DNA of 63,217 nucleotides, counting the filler, from Octopus bimaculoides (lineage: Eukaryota), in assembly GCF_001194135.2 (NCBI RefSeq). It is 8 parts of 7 records of this genome, joined end to end, with 100 filler letters (N's around TTAATTAATTAA, not from the genome) between each part and the next. Parts side by side here need not be neighbours in the genome. Positions count along the whole stretch, not along the records: positions 12,074 to 20,253 come from NC_068994.1; positions 20,354 to 29,586 come from NC_068992.1; 6 more parts are not named here. The stretch is one strand, 5' to 3'. The position numbers and the translations under genes were made by a program. Below, piece after piece: positions 12,030-25,031 of this stretch; the stretch's first letter is position 1; the number at the start of each line of letters is the position of its first letter. Below the pieces are notes generated by a model. The model ran no database searches. It had not been told where the DNA came from and worked only from the letters and a program-made list of their open reading frames with translations.

Positions 12030-12073
12030 NNNNNNNNNNNNNNNNNNNNNNNNNNNNNNNNNNNNNNNNNNNN

Positions 12074-12105
<32 letters not shown>

Positions 12106-12464
12106 GCATATATGTATATATGCACACGCCCCACTGTGTTGATCTTTGGGCGTGTGACCTCTACCATAGCCTGGGGTTGAACAAACCCTGTGAGTTGATT
12201 AGTGGAAGGAAACTGAAAAAAATCTCTAATTCACACACAGCCATATATATATATAATACAAGTGTGTATTTGATATTTGTGCCCCACTACCATTTGTTTC
12301 GTTATTGTGTTTACGCCCCTGTAACTTAGCGGATCGCCAAAAGAAAAGATAAGTACTGCGGTCAATTTTTCCAACAATATGTGTTCAAGGTGGCGCCCCA
12401 ACATTGCAGCACTCTAATGACTCTGAGAAGTAAAAGATAAAAGTTAAAGATTTTGTATAGATAC

Positions 12465-12690
12465 ATAGGCGCAGGAGTGGCTGTGTGGTATGTAGCTTGC
12501 TTACGAACCAAATGGTTCCGTGTTCAGTCCCACTGCGTGGCATCTTCTAATATAGCGTCGTGCGTGTGGCTTTCATCGGCCCGAGGCAATAGTAGAAGAC
12601 ATTTTCCCAAGGGACTCCACAGTAGTTCTGAACACAGAACTATGTGATTGAACAGCACGATTCTTACCATGGAGTCACGCTTGCGCCTAT
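12465..12690. mobile_element. Two family 1 SINE heads fused in inverted orientation
   Basis: Starts ATAGGCGCAGGAGTGGCT and ends AGTCACGCTTGCGCCTAT (15/18 complementary); the first half is plus-strand head, the second half minus-strand head. Confidence 0.75.
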
Positions 12691-13478
12691 ATAAAAAGAG
12701 TTTAACATAACTTGATAGTTTATTTAATACTACTTAGAAGGGTGCTCGTTTATTAAGTTTTACATGGTAAGAATTGACAAAAACTCCGAAGTTTCGGTTT
12801 ATCAACCTTTAATGAATCTGATAACGGAAAGCAAACCGAAAATTCGAAATCACTATTATACTTTTCCTTGTGAGAATGTATATAGGCTTGTGTGTTTGTA
12901 TAAAAGGAAAACACCGAATGCAACAAGCTTTATTGTATCACATAAAACTATTTAAAAAGTGAATAAATTTTTTTAGAAATAGTTTTTGATGCTGCCACAC
13001 ACTTCCTCCGACTAAATTGAAAATTCAAAATTTGATTTGTTTAAAAATAAACATTTCCTTAGAATTAAAGCTAAACACACTTTATTTTACTGCATGAAAT
13101 ATAGCTATTTAATGCTAAAGAACGATTTTTACAAAATTATTTTTTTTATTCCATAGTAAAAACCCATTTTTTTTCCTCATTGAATAATCTCAGTGTTTAA
13201 CATAAACGGGAGAAAAATCGTCAAATATTAACCAAAAAGGAAGAAAATTTTTGTATTAGTTTAAACTCATTAATATTCGTTTTTCAAATATCCCTTGCGT
13301 CACAAAGTTTATAATTAAAGACAACATCAAAGAAAAGTCATCGATATTTTAATGTTTTAAAATGTAATTAAAGCTTGTGTTTAGAACGTTGTAGTTAACA
13401 GCATGAGATGATATTATTATCAGTAGCATTTATAGGAGTAGGAATAGTAGTGGTAGTATTTTTGATATTGTCCTTCTC

Positions 13479-13546
<68 letters not shown>

Positions 13547-14561
13547 CAATGTTTATCCTGTGTATACATAGAATTTATGAAAAATCGAGAAATGTACACA
13601 TGTTTTTAGCAATTTGCTATATACCCTTGGTTAGGAAGCGAAAAAATAATTGCAAATCATTTTAATGCAATAATGTCACACCACATACACCTTCACAATA
13701 TGTGTGTACACATATCTATATACATATATATAAATATATATATATNNNNNNNNNNNNNNNNNNNNNNNNNNNNNNNNNNNNNNNNNNNNNNNNNNNNNNN
13801 NNNNNNNNNNNNNNNNNNNNNNNNNNNNNNNNNNNNNNNNNNNNNNNNNNNNNNNNNNNNNNNNNNNNNNNNNNNNNNNNNNNNNNNNNNNNNNNNNNNN
13901 NNNNNNNNNNNNNNNNNNNNNNNNNNNNNNNNNNNNNNNNNNNNNNNNNNNNNNNNNNNNNNNNNNNNNNNNNNNNNNNNNNNNNNNNNNNNNNNNNNNN
14001 NNNNNNNNNNNNNNNNNNNNNNNNNNNNNNNNNNNNNNNNNNNNNNNNNNNNNNNNNNNNNNNNNNNNNNNNNNNNNNNNNNNNNNNNNNNNNNNNNNNN
14101 NNNNNNNNNNNNNNNNNNNNNNNNNNNNNNNNNNNNNNNNNNNNNNNNNNNNNNNNNNNNNNNNNNNNNNNNNNNNNNNNNNNNNNNNNNNNNNNNNNNN
14201 NNNNNNNNNNNNNNNNNNNNNNNNNNNNNNNNNNNNNNNNNNNNNNNNNNNNNNNNNNNNNNNNNNNNNNNNNNNNNNNNNNNNNNNNNNNNNNNNNNNN
14301 NNNNNNNNNNNNNNNNNNNNNNNNNNNNNNNNNNNNNNNNNNNNNNNNNNNNNNNNNNNNNNNNNNNNNNNNNNNNNNNNNNNNNNNNNNNNNNNNNNNN
14401 NNNNNNNNNNNNNNNNNNNNNNNNNNNNNNNNNNNNNNNNNNNNNNNNNNNNNNNNNNNNNNNNNNNNNNNNNNNNNNNNNNNNNNNNNNATATTAGCGA
14501 GTGTGTGTGCTTGCATATATGTGTGTATACTACGTGTATGTACGGATATATGTTTATTATA

Positions 14562-14601
<40 letters not shown>

Positions 14602-17600
14602 TGTATGAATGTGTGTATGAGTGTAGAAGTGTGTTTTGAGTGTATGTGCGTGTATATGCATGTGCATGTCGATGTTGAAGCTTTGATTTTTACAGAGACT
14701 TTTGAAAAAATTGTGTACAGAAAATTTCGTAGCTATAATTTCATTTCAAACGTAAAAATATTGTACTTAGCTTTAATTTCATTGTAAATACAAAATTATT
14801 TGTTTAGTTCAAGTGTTGTTACTCTCAACTTATTGCAAGCAGTTAGAAATGCTTTAAAATAATCATAAATCTTAAAAGTCTTATATTCACGCGCATATGT
14901 GTGTGAGTGTGTGGGTGGGTGAGGATTTGTTCTCTAAAACAATTATTAACAACTTAAATAAAGAACTCAATGCCAAGAATATGATCCAATATAATACATG
15001 TAATATATCTTTAAAATAGTTTCTTCAGTAAAACCGTTATACATGCATACATACATACATACATACATATATACATACATGCATACATACATACATACAT
15101 ACATACATGCATACATACATACATACATACATGCATACATACATACAAATCTGCAGTTACTCTATCCAAGTTATAAGTTCAGATTTATACCTGTAATTAA
15201 ATACCGATCTTGGGAAATTAGGCTTCTCAAACTAGAAAGGTGAAAGCTAATTCGAAAACTATAGATCCATCGATCACTCGAACCGTAAAAATCTGTAAAA
15301 CTTTCCAGAAGTTTATCATTTAAATATATATGGGCATGTCTAGATATGCAACTATATGCATGAGAATACATACATAAAACATACAAACGNNNNNNNNNNN
15401 NNNNNNNNNNNNNNNNNNNNNNNNNNNNNNNNNNNNNNNNNNNNNNNNNNNNNNNNNNNNNNNNNNNNNNNNNNNNNNNNNNNNNNNNNNNNNNNNNNNN
15501 NNNNNNNNNNNNNNNNNNNNNNNNNNNNNNNNNNNNNNNNNNNNNNNNNNNNNNNNNNNNNNNNNNNNNNNNNNNNNNNNNNNNNNNNNNNNNNNNNNNN
15601 NNNNNNNNNNNNNNNNNNNNNNNNNNNNNNNNNNNNNNNNNNNNNNNNNNNNNNNNNNNNNNNNNNNNNNNNNNNNNNNNNNNNCGAACCGTAAAAATCT
15701 GTAAAACTTTCCAGAAGTTTATCATTTAAATATATATGGGCATGTCTAGATATGCAACTATATGCATGAGAATACATACATAAAACATACAAACGTGTGT
15801 GACTGTGTGGTAAGTAGCTTGTTTAGCAACCAGATGGTTCCGGGTACAGTCCCACTGCGTGGTATCTTGGGCACGTGTCTTCTGCTATAGCCTCGGGCCG
15901 ACCAAAGCCTTTTGAGTGGATTTGGCAGACTGATTTAGTACATTATTAAAATATCGTTTCAATCTCTTGTCATGTTGAACCCTAAAGATACCAGCTGAAA
16001 CCGAACAAGGATAATAAAATTCATTTATAAGAATATAAAGTCATTCTAAATATTCATTTGATCACATGCCTCCTGAAGATCAAAAATACTTTCAATTCAC
16101 CACTTATTTTTCATGTCCCTGAATTCTTTCTGAGTATTCGATTTAACAGTCTTGCATTGAACCAATAAACGTTCGTTTTGACAGCGTTATATTTTACATA
16201 GACCCATTTATACGGACAACGGGCTTTCTATACTGTTGTTCTTATTATTGTCAAAACAGTTCTTTCCTAGTTATTTTTGCAAACCCACTACTTCTTTTGT
16301 AAAAGACAAACCTCGTTTTTGAAGCCAACCCATATAGTAGTGTCTTCCATTGATTTCATGCAGGCCGAAGACGTTATTCCTCCAAGTCTGCAACATCAAG
16401 AGACATTCAGCGCGGAAAATATTCCGCTTTCTAATTTTGAGCCATAGTTGGAACAGCATAATAGACAGAACACATACTTAAAGGTTTTAATAGAGAATAT
16501 CTAAGACATGAGCTAAAGCAACGATGCATATATAAAGTGCAAATGAGCGAGAGAGAGAGAGAGAGAGAGAGCAAGAAAGAGTGAAAGGGAGAGAGAGGGA
16601 GATAGAGAGGGAAAGAGTGTAGAACAACGGTGGGAACTAAGTGTTTGCAGAGGCTGTCCTAGAAAGAGGTTGACGGCGTCGTAGTAGATGCAGAGAGAAC
16701 GCATTATGGCAGACACTATGAAAGCTAGGAAGCAATTAAAAAGGCGGGCGCCCCAAGAAGACATTTACAAAATTTTACAAGAAAAAAAATATGCATATTT
16801 GAAATGTTCAAAAGTGGAAGAAGTGAAACGAAGGGAAGCAACGGAGAGAAAATTTAGTACAGAACGTGAACAGCTTTAAACGCAATTCTCAACTTCACAG
16901 AAAAATTAAGCAATTAGATTAAGAAAATAAGTTTTAGAAATTAAGCCTGGCTTTGGCTGAAGCATAGTTAAGAGGTTATTCTTTGATTGACGCTAGATTC
17001 ATGAATAAAATGCAGAGAAAGAAAGAAANNNNNNNNNNNNNNNNNNNNNNNNNNNNNNNNNNNNNNNNNNNNNNNNNNNNNNNNNNNNNNNNNNNNNNNN
17101 NNNNNNNNNNNNNNNNNNNNNNNNNNNNNNNNNNNNNNNNNNNNNNNNNNNNNNNNNNNNNNNNNNNNNNNNNNNNNNNNNNNNNNNNNNNNNNNNNNNN
17201 NNNNNNNNNNNNNNNNNNNNNNNNNNNNNNNNNNNNNNNNNNNNNNNNNNNNNNNNNNNNNNNNNNNNNNNNNNNNNNNNNNNNNNNNNNNNNNNNNNNN
17301 NNNNNNNNNNNNNNNNNNNNNNNNNNNNNNNNNNNNNNNNNNNNNNNNNNNNNNNNNNNNNNNNNNNNNNNNNNNNNNNNNNNNNNNNNNNNNNNNNNNN
17401 NNNNNNNNNNNNNNNNNNNNNNNNNNNNNNNNNNNNNNNNNNNNNNNNNNNNNNNNNNNNNNNNNNNNNNNNNNNNNNNNNNNNNNNNNNNNNNNNNNNN
17501 NNNNNNNNNNNNNNNNNNNNNNNNNNNNNNNNNNNNNNNNNNNNNNNNNNNNNNNNNNNNNNNNNNNNNNNNNNNNNNNNNNNNNNNNNNNNNNNNNNNN

Positions 17601-18518
17601 NNNNNNNNNNNNNNNNNNNNNNNNNNNNNNNNNNNNNNNNNNNNNNNNNNNNNNNNNNNNNNNNNNNNNNNNNNNNNNNNNNNNNNNNNNNNNNNNNNNN
17701 NNNNNNNNNNNNNNNNNNNNNNNNNNNNNNNNNNNNNNNNNNNNNNNNNNNNNNNNNNNNNNNNNNNNNNNNNNNNNNNNNNNNNNNNNNNNNNNNNNNN
17801 NNNNNNNNNNNNNNNNNNNNNNNNNNNNNNNNNNNNNNNNNNNNNNNNNNNNNNNNNNNNNNNNNNNNNNCGTTTCCTAACGATGTCTTTTGCTTTTAGT
17901 ACAGTGTGCCTGTATAAGAGGGCTCACATGTCGAATACAGTAGAATTTGGCACTCACGTTGAGAACGATGTATTAAAAAAGACTGCCAATCGATAGAGAT
18001 TATCATTTGTTATTCGTGTTTCTGTCGCTATTATTTATTTATATATGCACATATATACGTAATCGGTAAACTTCTTTCAGTTTTGTCTACTACATTCACA
18101 TAGAAGGCTTTGATTGACTCGGTGCTAATAGACACTCGCCTAAGGTAATGTTCAGTGTGAATTTACCTACGATCACTTGAATAGTAAGGGGAGTTCAAAA
18201 CCTTATAGTCAAGCTAATATAAACTCATGCACAGTCACACATAGATGTAAAAATTATTCTATGCACACAGGGACATATATTCAGGCATATGTGTTTATTT
18301 GAATGTGAGATTAAAAGACACATAATATAGTAGAACACACACTCGCATACTCAAGGACCCATCCACATATTGTACACACATTCACTGAAGTCAATATAAA
18401 ACGATGGCTATCCGATACAAAAGCAGTGTTGCCGTATTTCTAATTCTAAAGCTCCTCAAAACTATTATTTCATTTAACAGACGATACGTTGTAAATCGGA
18501 AAGAAGATGGCGTAAATT

Positions 18519-18595
<77 letters not shown>

Positions 18596-18670
18596 GTGGG
18601 TGGATGGATAGATAGATAGATGCAGACAGTGAGAGAGAGAGTGAAAGAGAGAGATACGGAAAGGTGGGTT

Positions 18671-18732
<62 letters not shown>

Positions 18733-19259
18733 GCAACACGTGAGCATGTGACCTATGCTGCTCTTTCTTCACGCAAGCTTTACAATATATGCAGAACAGA
18801 GCTAGCCGTATGTGCCACCAACCACTTATAGAAAGTAGAATGAGTAAAATCAAGTCTAAGGGTGGAGGGAGGGCCTTGCTGTAGCAACTACATCACAATA
18901 ACCATTCGGTTCCATTCTTGTCTCTAATCGATAACAATAATATTGTTGCGTAGAACTACGTCCTGATTATCAATGCTGATCGATTACTTTTTAGTGGAGA
19001 TGTTTGGCGTGTGTATGTGTGTGTCTCTGTGTGTGTAAAGCTGGTTTGTGCGAGAAGGGTGGCAGACGGGTGAAGGTGACAGGCGGGGCGCTCATTTGTA
19101 GACGTTTCTCTTAATTCATTTAAATACACCCACACACCCACACACACATACACACACGCAAACATACAATCACCCACAGACAAACTACCACATGGTAGTA
19201 CAGTAAAGGTACGCACCTGTGTGCATGTTCGTTTGGGTATATCTGTGTCTATGTGTATA

Positions 19260-19298
<39 letters not shown>

Positions 19299-19763
19299 GT
19301 ATATACATACATAAATACACACATTTATACATATACATATACACATATGTAGTATATGCAGTATACTATATATATATGTATGTATGTATATATATGGATA
19401 CATATATATACGTGTATGTATCTCATATATATATATATATTCATGCATGCATATACGCATGTGTATATTTATGTAATTGCATACAACTATGTCTTTATAT
19501 ATGTGTATATATATATGAAATATATATATATATTAATATATATGTTATTATATATGCGTACATATATATATCTGAAATATATATATATATATATTAATAT
19601 AGATGTGCATATGCACAATGTTAAATACATATATTTGGATGTGTATGTCTATGACTAGATATCTCTATAATTATGTGTGAGTATAAGCAAACGTACATAT
19701 ATACATATATATACATACATGCATACATAAATATATATATATATATATATATANNNNNNNNNN

Positions 19764-19807
<44 letters not shown>

Positions 19808-20115
19808 AAATGTCTATTTACAAGGGCATTTGATTTGCATAGTGCGTGCAACTATGCGTAAATTAATGCTATAAATGTATGCGTACATGTGTGAGTGCCT
19901 GTTCATATGTGTGCGTATGGTATTGTGTGAATATATCTGGGTAACGCAATCATAGAATATAGTGAACGTTAACTATAATATAATAGAAATACATGTATAA
20001 ATATTGTCAGAGAGTCAAGCACATAATAACAACTGCAACGGTTAGAATATAAATATCACTATCAACAATAACGATGAGGATACTATACTACTACTACTAA
20101 TGATAATAATAACAA

Positions 20116-20146
<31 letters not shown>

Positions 20147-20188
20147 TATTATTATTATTATTATAGTTATTATTATAATGATAATAAT

Positions 20189-20238
<50 letters not shown>

Positions 20239-20398
20239 TAATAATATAATAATNNNNNNNNNNNNNNNNNNNNNNNNNNNNNNNNNNNNNNNNNNNNTTA
20301 ATTAATTAANNNNNNNNNNNNNNNNNNNNNNNNNNNNNNNNNNNNNNNNNNNNCTGCGCTCGGTAGTGAAGTGAAAGCACGTTATAAAAATAAAACTA

Positions 20399-20458
<60 letters not shown>

Positions 20459-21609
20459 GGCCTGAAATTCTTTGAAGGATTAGTCGGAGCATCGATACCA
20501 TCGATGCGACTATTAAAGACAATAACTCACTGTTTTATTTTGTCCGAAATGATAAAAAGCAAGCAAGGTTTTTTGATATTTGATCTCCCAATCTAATGAG
20601 TCGCAAGAAATGCGTCTACCCTCAGAAGCCGTACTTTTCACAGCTATCATCTCTGATTTACCCCGGCTCTCACAGAAATGACTGCTTATTCCACAATTAA
20701 TCCATGACAACCCATTATCACGTTCTACACAACAACCACTCAATAATACAGCACAACCCACGGAATACAGAGAGCATTCTTCACAGGACTATCAACCAAA
20801 TTATATAGCACATAGCAAAAGTCACAAGGCATCCATCAGTGACCATCCCATATTATCTTTCTTATAATATATCAAATATCTCACACACACCAAAAGAGTT
20901 CTAACAAAGTGATCTAATTCAGCTCTAAAAAGATTTGGCTATTTCATTCCCGAGATATGGTATTAAAATGTAGCAAAATCGATCCTTTTAGCGAAGAATC
21001 AAGTTATTAAGCTTACCTCTTGGGAAAGTTTAGACAGTTCAAATAAGGTAAAGAATTTTCGTCGAAAGCCATATCTGATTAAAGTGGATGGTAAAACGAA
21101 AGCTATTGAATAAACATGCACGGGATGCCATAACATAATCCGAAGAGATAAGAGCTACTCGAACGATTGTATAAGATTTCAATGAGGTTCAATTAAAGAA
21201 AATCAAAAACGGCTCTGGATAGAAACCTTTATAAAATGCTGAAGGAGAGCATCGTGCTTTGCAAACAAGAAGCGAGAGTAGATAGAATATCTCTTGAGGT
21301 AAACGTAAAATAGAGAGATAAGTAGGAAGAGTAGGAAGAATGTTTATAAATGAAGTTAGAAAGGGAGACACATTATATAACCAATCATGAAGAAGTTTAG
21401 TTTTATAAATATTGCATTGAAGGAGAGGCACGATAAAAGTTTTTCTATTAACAGAGTAAAAAGTGTAAAATTCATTGTAACAGAAGAAGCTAGGTGTAGT
21501 AATGAAGACATAATGAATTGTGAATAAAAGAAAATGAGATAGCATCTTTATTTTATTTTCCATCACTTCGTAAGAGAAGAGCAACTTGCATGAAATGTTT
21601 TCAATTGAC

Positions 21610-21856
21610 GGAGAAAGTCTTGGTATCTCTCTGCTAAGAACCTAGTCAGGGTGCCGAAGGAGAAAGAGCTTGATATCCATCTCATGAGAATCGAGTCGGA
21701 GAGCTGGAGAGGAAAGCGCTTGATATCCATCTCATGAGAACCTAGTTGGAGTGCTGGAGGAGAACGATTTTGATATCCCCCATGCCGGGAACCTACTTAT
21801 AGTGCTGCAGCAGAAGCATCTTTATACACGCCCATGCTAGTAACCTAGTTGGAGTG
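21610..21856 (+). repeat. Degenerate minisatellite with a unit of about 50 bp
   Basis: Units starting GAACCTAG-like at 21638, 21688, 21738, 21789 and 21841; shared GCTTGATATCCATCTCATGA core in the first units. Confidence 0.85.
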
Positions 21857-22589
21857 TTATATCACCTTATCACCGACATATTTTTCAATTGATACATTAA
21901 AATAAATCATATATATATATATATATATATATATANNNNNNNNNNNNNNNNNNNNNNNNNNNNNNNNNNNNNNNNNNNNNNNNNNNNNNNNNNNNNNNNN
22001 NNNNNNNNNNNNNNNNNNNNNNNNNNNNNNNNNNNNNNNNNNNNNNNNNNNNNNNNNNNNNNNNNNNNNNNNNNNNNNNNNNNNNNNNNNNNNNNNNNNN
22101 NNNNNNNNNNNNNNNNNNNNNNNNNNNNNNNNNNNNNNNNNNNNNNNNNNNNNNNNNNNNNNNNNNNNNNNNNNNNNNNNNNNNNNNNNNNNNNNNNNNN
22201 NNNNNNNNNNNNNNNNNNNNNNNNNNNNNNNNNNNNNNNNNNNNNNNNNNNNNNNNNNNNNNNNNNNNNNNNNNNNNNNNNNNNNNNNNNNNNNNNNNNN
22301 NNNNNNNNNNNNNNNNNNNNNNNNNNNNNNNNNNNNNNNNNNNNNNNNNNNNNNNNNNNNNNNNNNNNNNNNNNNNNNNNNNNNNNNNNNNNNNNNNNNN
22401 NNNNNNNNNNNNNNNNNNNNNNNNNNNNNNNNNNNNNNNNNNNNNNNNNNNNNNNNNNNNNNNNNNNNNNNNNNNNNNNNNNNNNNNNNNNNNNNNNNNN
22501 NNNNNNNNNNNNNNNNNNNNNNNNNNNNNNNNNNNNNNNNNNNNNNNNNNNNNNNNNNNNNNNNNNNNNNNNNNNNNNNNNNNNNNNNN

Positions 22590-22632
<43 letters not shown>

Positions 22633-23392
22633 GTCTGTAACAATTATTTAATACAGTTTTTCAGTATAAAGGGGAAATTTCTTTTTAATATTCTCTAATA
22701 AATAGAAGTTATAAAATCTTTTATCAGGATGTTGCTAACCTATTTTGGAAGAAATTCTTGTTCCTAATGTATGAGCGCTTTCGATTAACCTTTTCAAGGA
22801 CGCATGCTCTTAGATAATGTATGAAAGAGGAAGTTATGTATGTATGTATGTACGTATGTAAATACGTGTGTGTTTGTGTGTGATTGTTTTTGTGCCTGTG
22901 TTGTCACCCATCGCCGCTTGTAAACAGGTGTTGGTTTGTTTACGTTCCTATAACGTAACAGTTAGGCAAAGCAGTGCAATAGAATAAGTACCGAATTTAA
23001 AAAAAATATGCACGGGGCCCGTTTATTCGACTATAACTCTTCATAATGGTGCTCCAGCATGACCGCAGTCCACTGACTCAAACAAGTAAAAGGAGATAAA
23101 AGAACACTTTGGTAACATTCTTTTCTACTCTAAGCACAAGCCCCGAAATTTTTGAGGAGAGGGCCAGTCGATTAGATCGACCCTAGTATGCAACTGGTTC
23201 TTACTTTATCGACCCCGAAATGTTCAAAGGCAAAGTCGACCTCGGCGAAATTTCAACTCAGGACGTAATGACAGACAAAATCCCGTATGCATTTCGCCGC
23301 TTTATACTCTGGTAATATTGAGACTAGTTTGAAAGCATGGGACAAAAGAACGACCAGTTTGAAGAAAAATACAACCTTGTGTGTATACTTAC

Positions 23393-23444
23393 TTGCGATT
23401 GGGGAATATTTTCGATGACATCACGCGGAAGGTAGCGATATCTG
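23393..23444 (-). other. Candidate 52-nt exon
   Basis: Tandem acceptor ttgccag|cag and perfect donor CAA|gtaagt; two open frames (RYRYLPRDVIENIPQSQ or DIATFRVMSSKIFPNR). Confidence 0.2.
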
Positions 23445-23489
23445 CTGGCAAATATATGAACTTTTCCACTTTGTAATATCTTTTATATT

Positions 23490-23809
23490 TTACTTGTTTC
23501 AGTCATTTAATTGCGGCCATGCTTAGGCACCTCCTTCAAGAATTCCTAGTCGAACGAACCGACGTCACTACTTAGTATCTTTTAAAGACTGGTGACTATT
23601 GCATCGGTCTTTATGAAAAACCGCTAAGTTGCAGGGTCGTAAGCACACCAACAGTGGTTGTCAGGCAGAGGTAGTGGAGGACAAACACACATACACAGCC
23701 ACGAGGGTTTTCTTTCAGTTACGGGGACGTAAACACACCAACACCAGTTGTCAAGCGCTGATGGGGGACAAGCACAGACAGGAAGATACACAAACATAGA
23801 TATACATAC

Positions 23810-23841
<32 letters not shown>

Positions 23842-23995
23842 GCGAATACCTTCTTTCAGTGTTCGTCTGATAAACCCGCTCAGAAGACTTTACTTGACCG
23901 GAGGTTAAAGTAGAAGATACTTGATCAAGGTGACATGCAGTGGAACGGAATTCGTTATCATGTGGTTGGGAAGCAGACTTCTTAACAAACAGCCA
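23490..23995 (-). mobile_element. Near-full-length family 1 SINE with an internal duplication
   Basis: Tail TTTTACTTGTTTCAGTCATT through head AACAGCCACG; the core segment near 23620-23790 appears twice. Confidence 0.75.
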
Positions 23996-24297
23996 CGGCA
24001 TAAAAATTAAACTTCTCAGTAATATTACGGCCACAATTCACAGCATGACAAAAAACTTGACGGTTTTTCCTGAAATATATCTGGCCAAACTTCCAAATAA
24101 TATGGAACTCAACTTAGAATATATCAAAAAAACTGACAGACGTAGGGAACATATGTACTTTAGCAGACATGTTGGCATTCTTCGGACAAGATCTCACCTA
24201 TAGGGAACCAGAGGCATTGTTAGTCAGTGATGTTCTGGACAGCGAAATTAGAAGACGTATAGAATAATATAGTGTGTGTGTGTATGTGTTTGCAACG

Positions 24298-24397
<100 letters not shown>

Positions 24398-24693
24398 ATA
24401 TAGTGGGTGCACATGGCTTATTCATTAGGGTGTTGCACTCACGATCCCGAGATTGTGATTTCAGTTCCGAGACTTAGGTGCTGTGACTGTGTTCTTGACG
24501 AAAACATAAACACATCTCGCGTTTGCGATCAATACGACACCTGATGCGTGGTACACCATGCACCTGTTCAGGGAACGTCAATTTGCTGCAGAAAGGGAGC
24601 TAATGTGCGGCATGAACATTTGATTATTATAAACAAATCAATTGTGCTGGTCGTTCGGCAAAATGCTAATACGTCCTCTTCGATGGAAGAGCC

Positions 24694-24727
<34 letters not shown>

Positions 24728-24735
<8 letters not shown>

Positions 24736-24970
24736 TTAAAATTATTTAAAATTATAATACAGGGTATCAAGAGATACCACCACGCTGAAAAAATACCAGT
24801 CAAATCCAGGATTTGGAATTATCTTATTTTTACTGGTTCATTTGGTCTTCGTCTTCGCTAATCATGCCATGCGGACATTTATTGTGGTTTTAGAGTCAGG
24901 ATTTGAGTGCTATTTTTTCAGCGTGGTGGTATCTCTTGATACCCTGTATTATAATTTTAAATAATTTTAA

Positions 24971-24979
<9 letters not shown>
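24728..24979. mobile_element. 252-bp MITE or fold-back element with perfect 68-bp TIRs inside (TA)n
   Basis: 24728-24795 is the exact reverse complement of 24912-24979; (TA)n on both sides; no ORF. Confidence 0.9.

Positions 24980-25030
<51 letters not shown>

Positions 25031-25031
<1 letters not shown>

Noticed and set aside
12688-12767. TATA box followed by a first exon ending ATG|gtaaga
   Set aside because: GCGCCTAT is the terminus of the inverted SINE head and the TATA-like string is just its AT-rich flank; no matching second exon was found.
13408-13665. Signal-peptide or transmembrane-like poly-Leu/Ile/Val ORFs (also 27199, 45035, 46175, 52274)
   Set aside because: They are translations of (TTA), (ATA), (TTG) and (GTG) microsatellites.
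15279-15795. Exact 111-bp direct repeat flanking a gap (15279-15389 and 15685-15795)
   Set aside because: Most likely unmerged overlapping contig ends; not LTRs or a TSD.
21610-21856. CRISPR-like periodicity (also 336-425 and 33189-34330)
   Set aside because: The units are tandem without unique spacers, there are no cas genes, and the context is eukaryotic.
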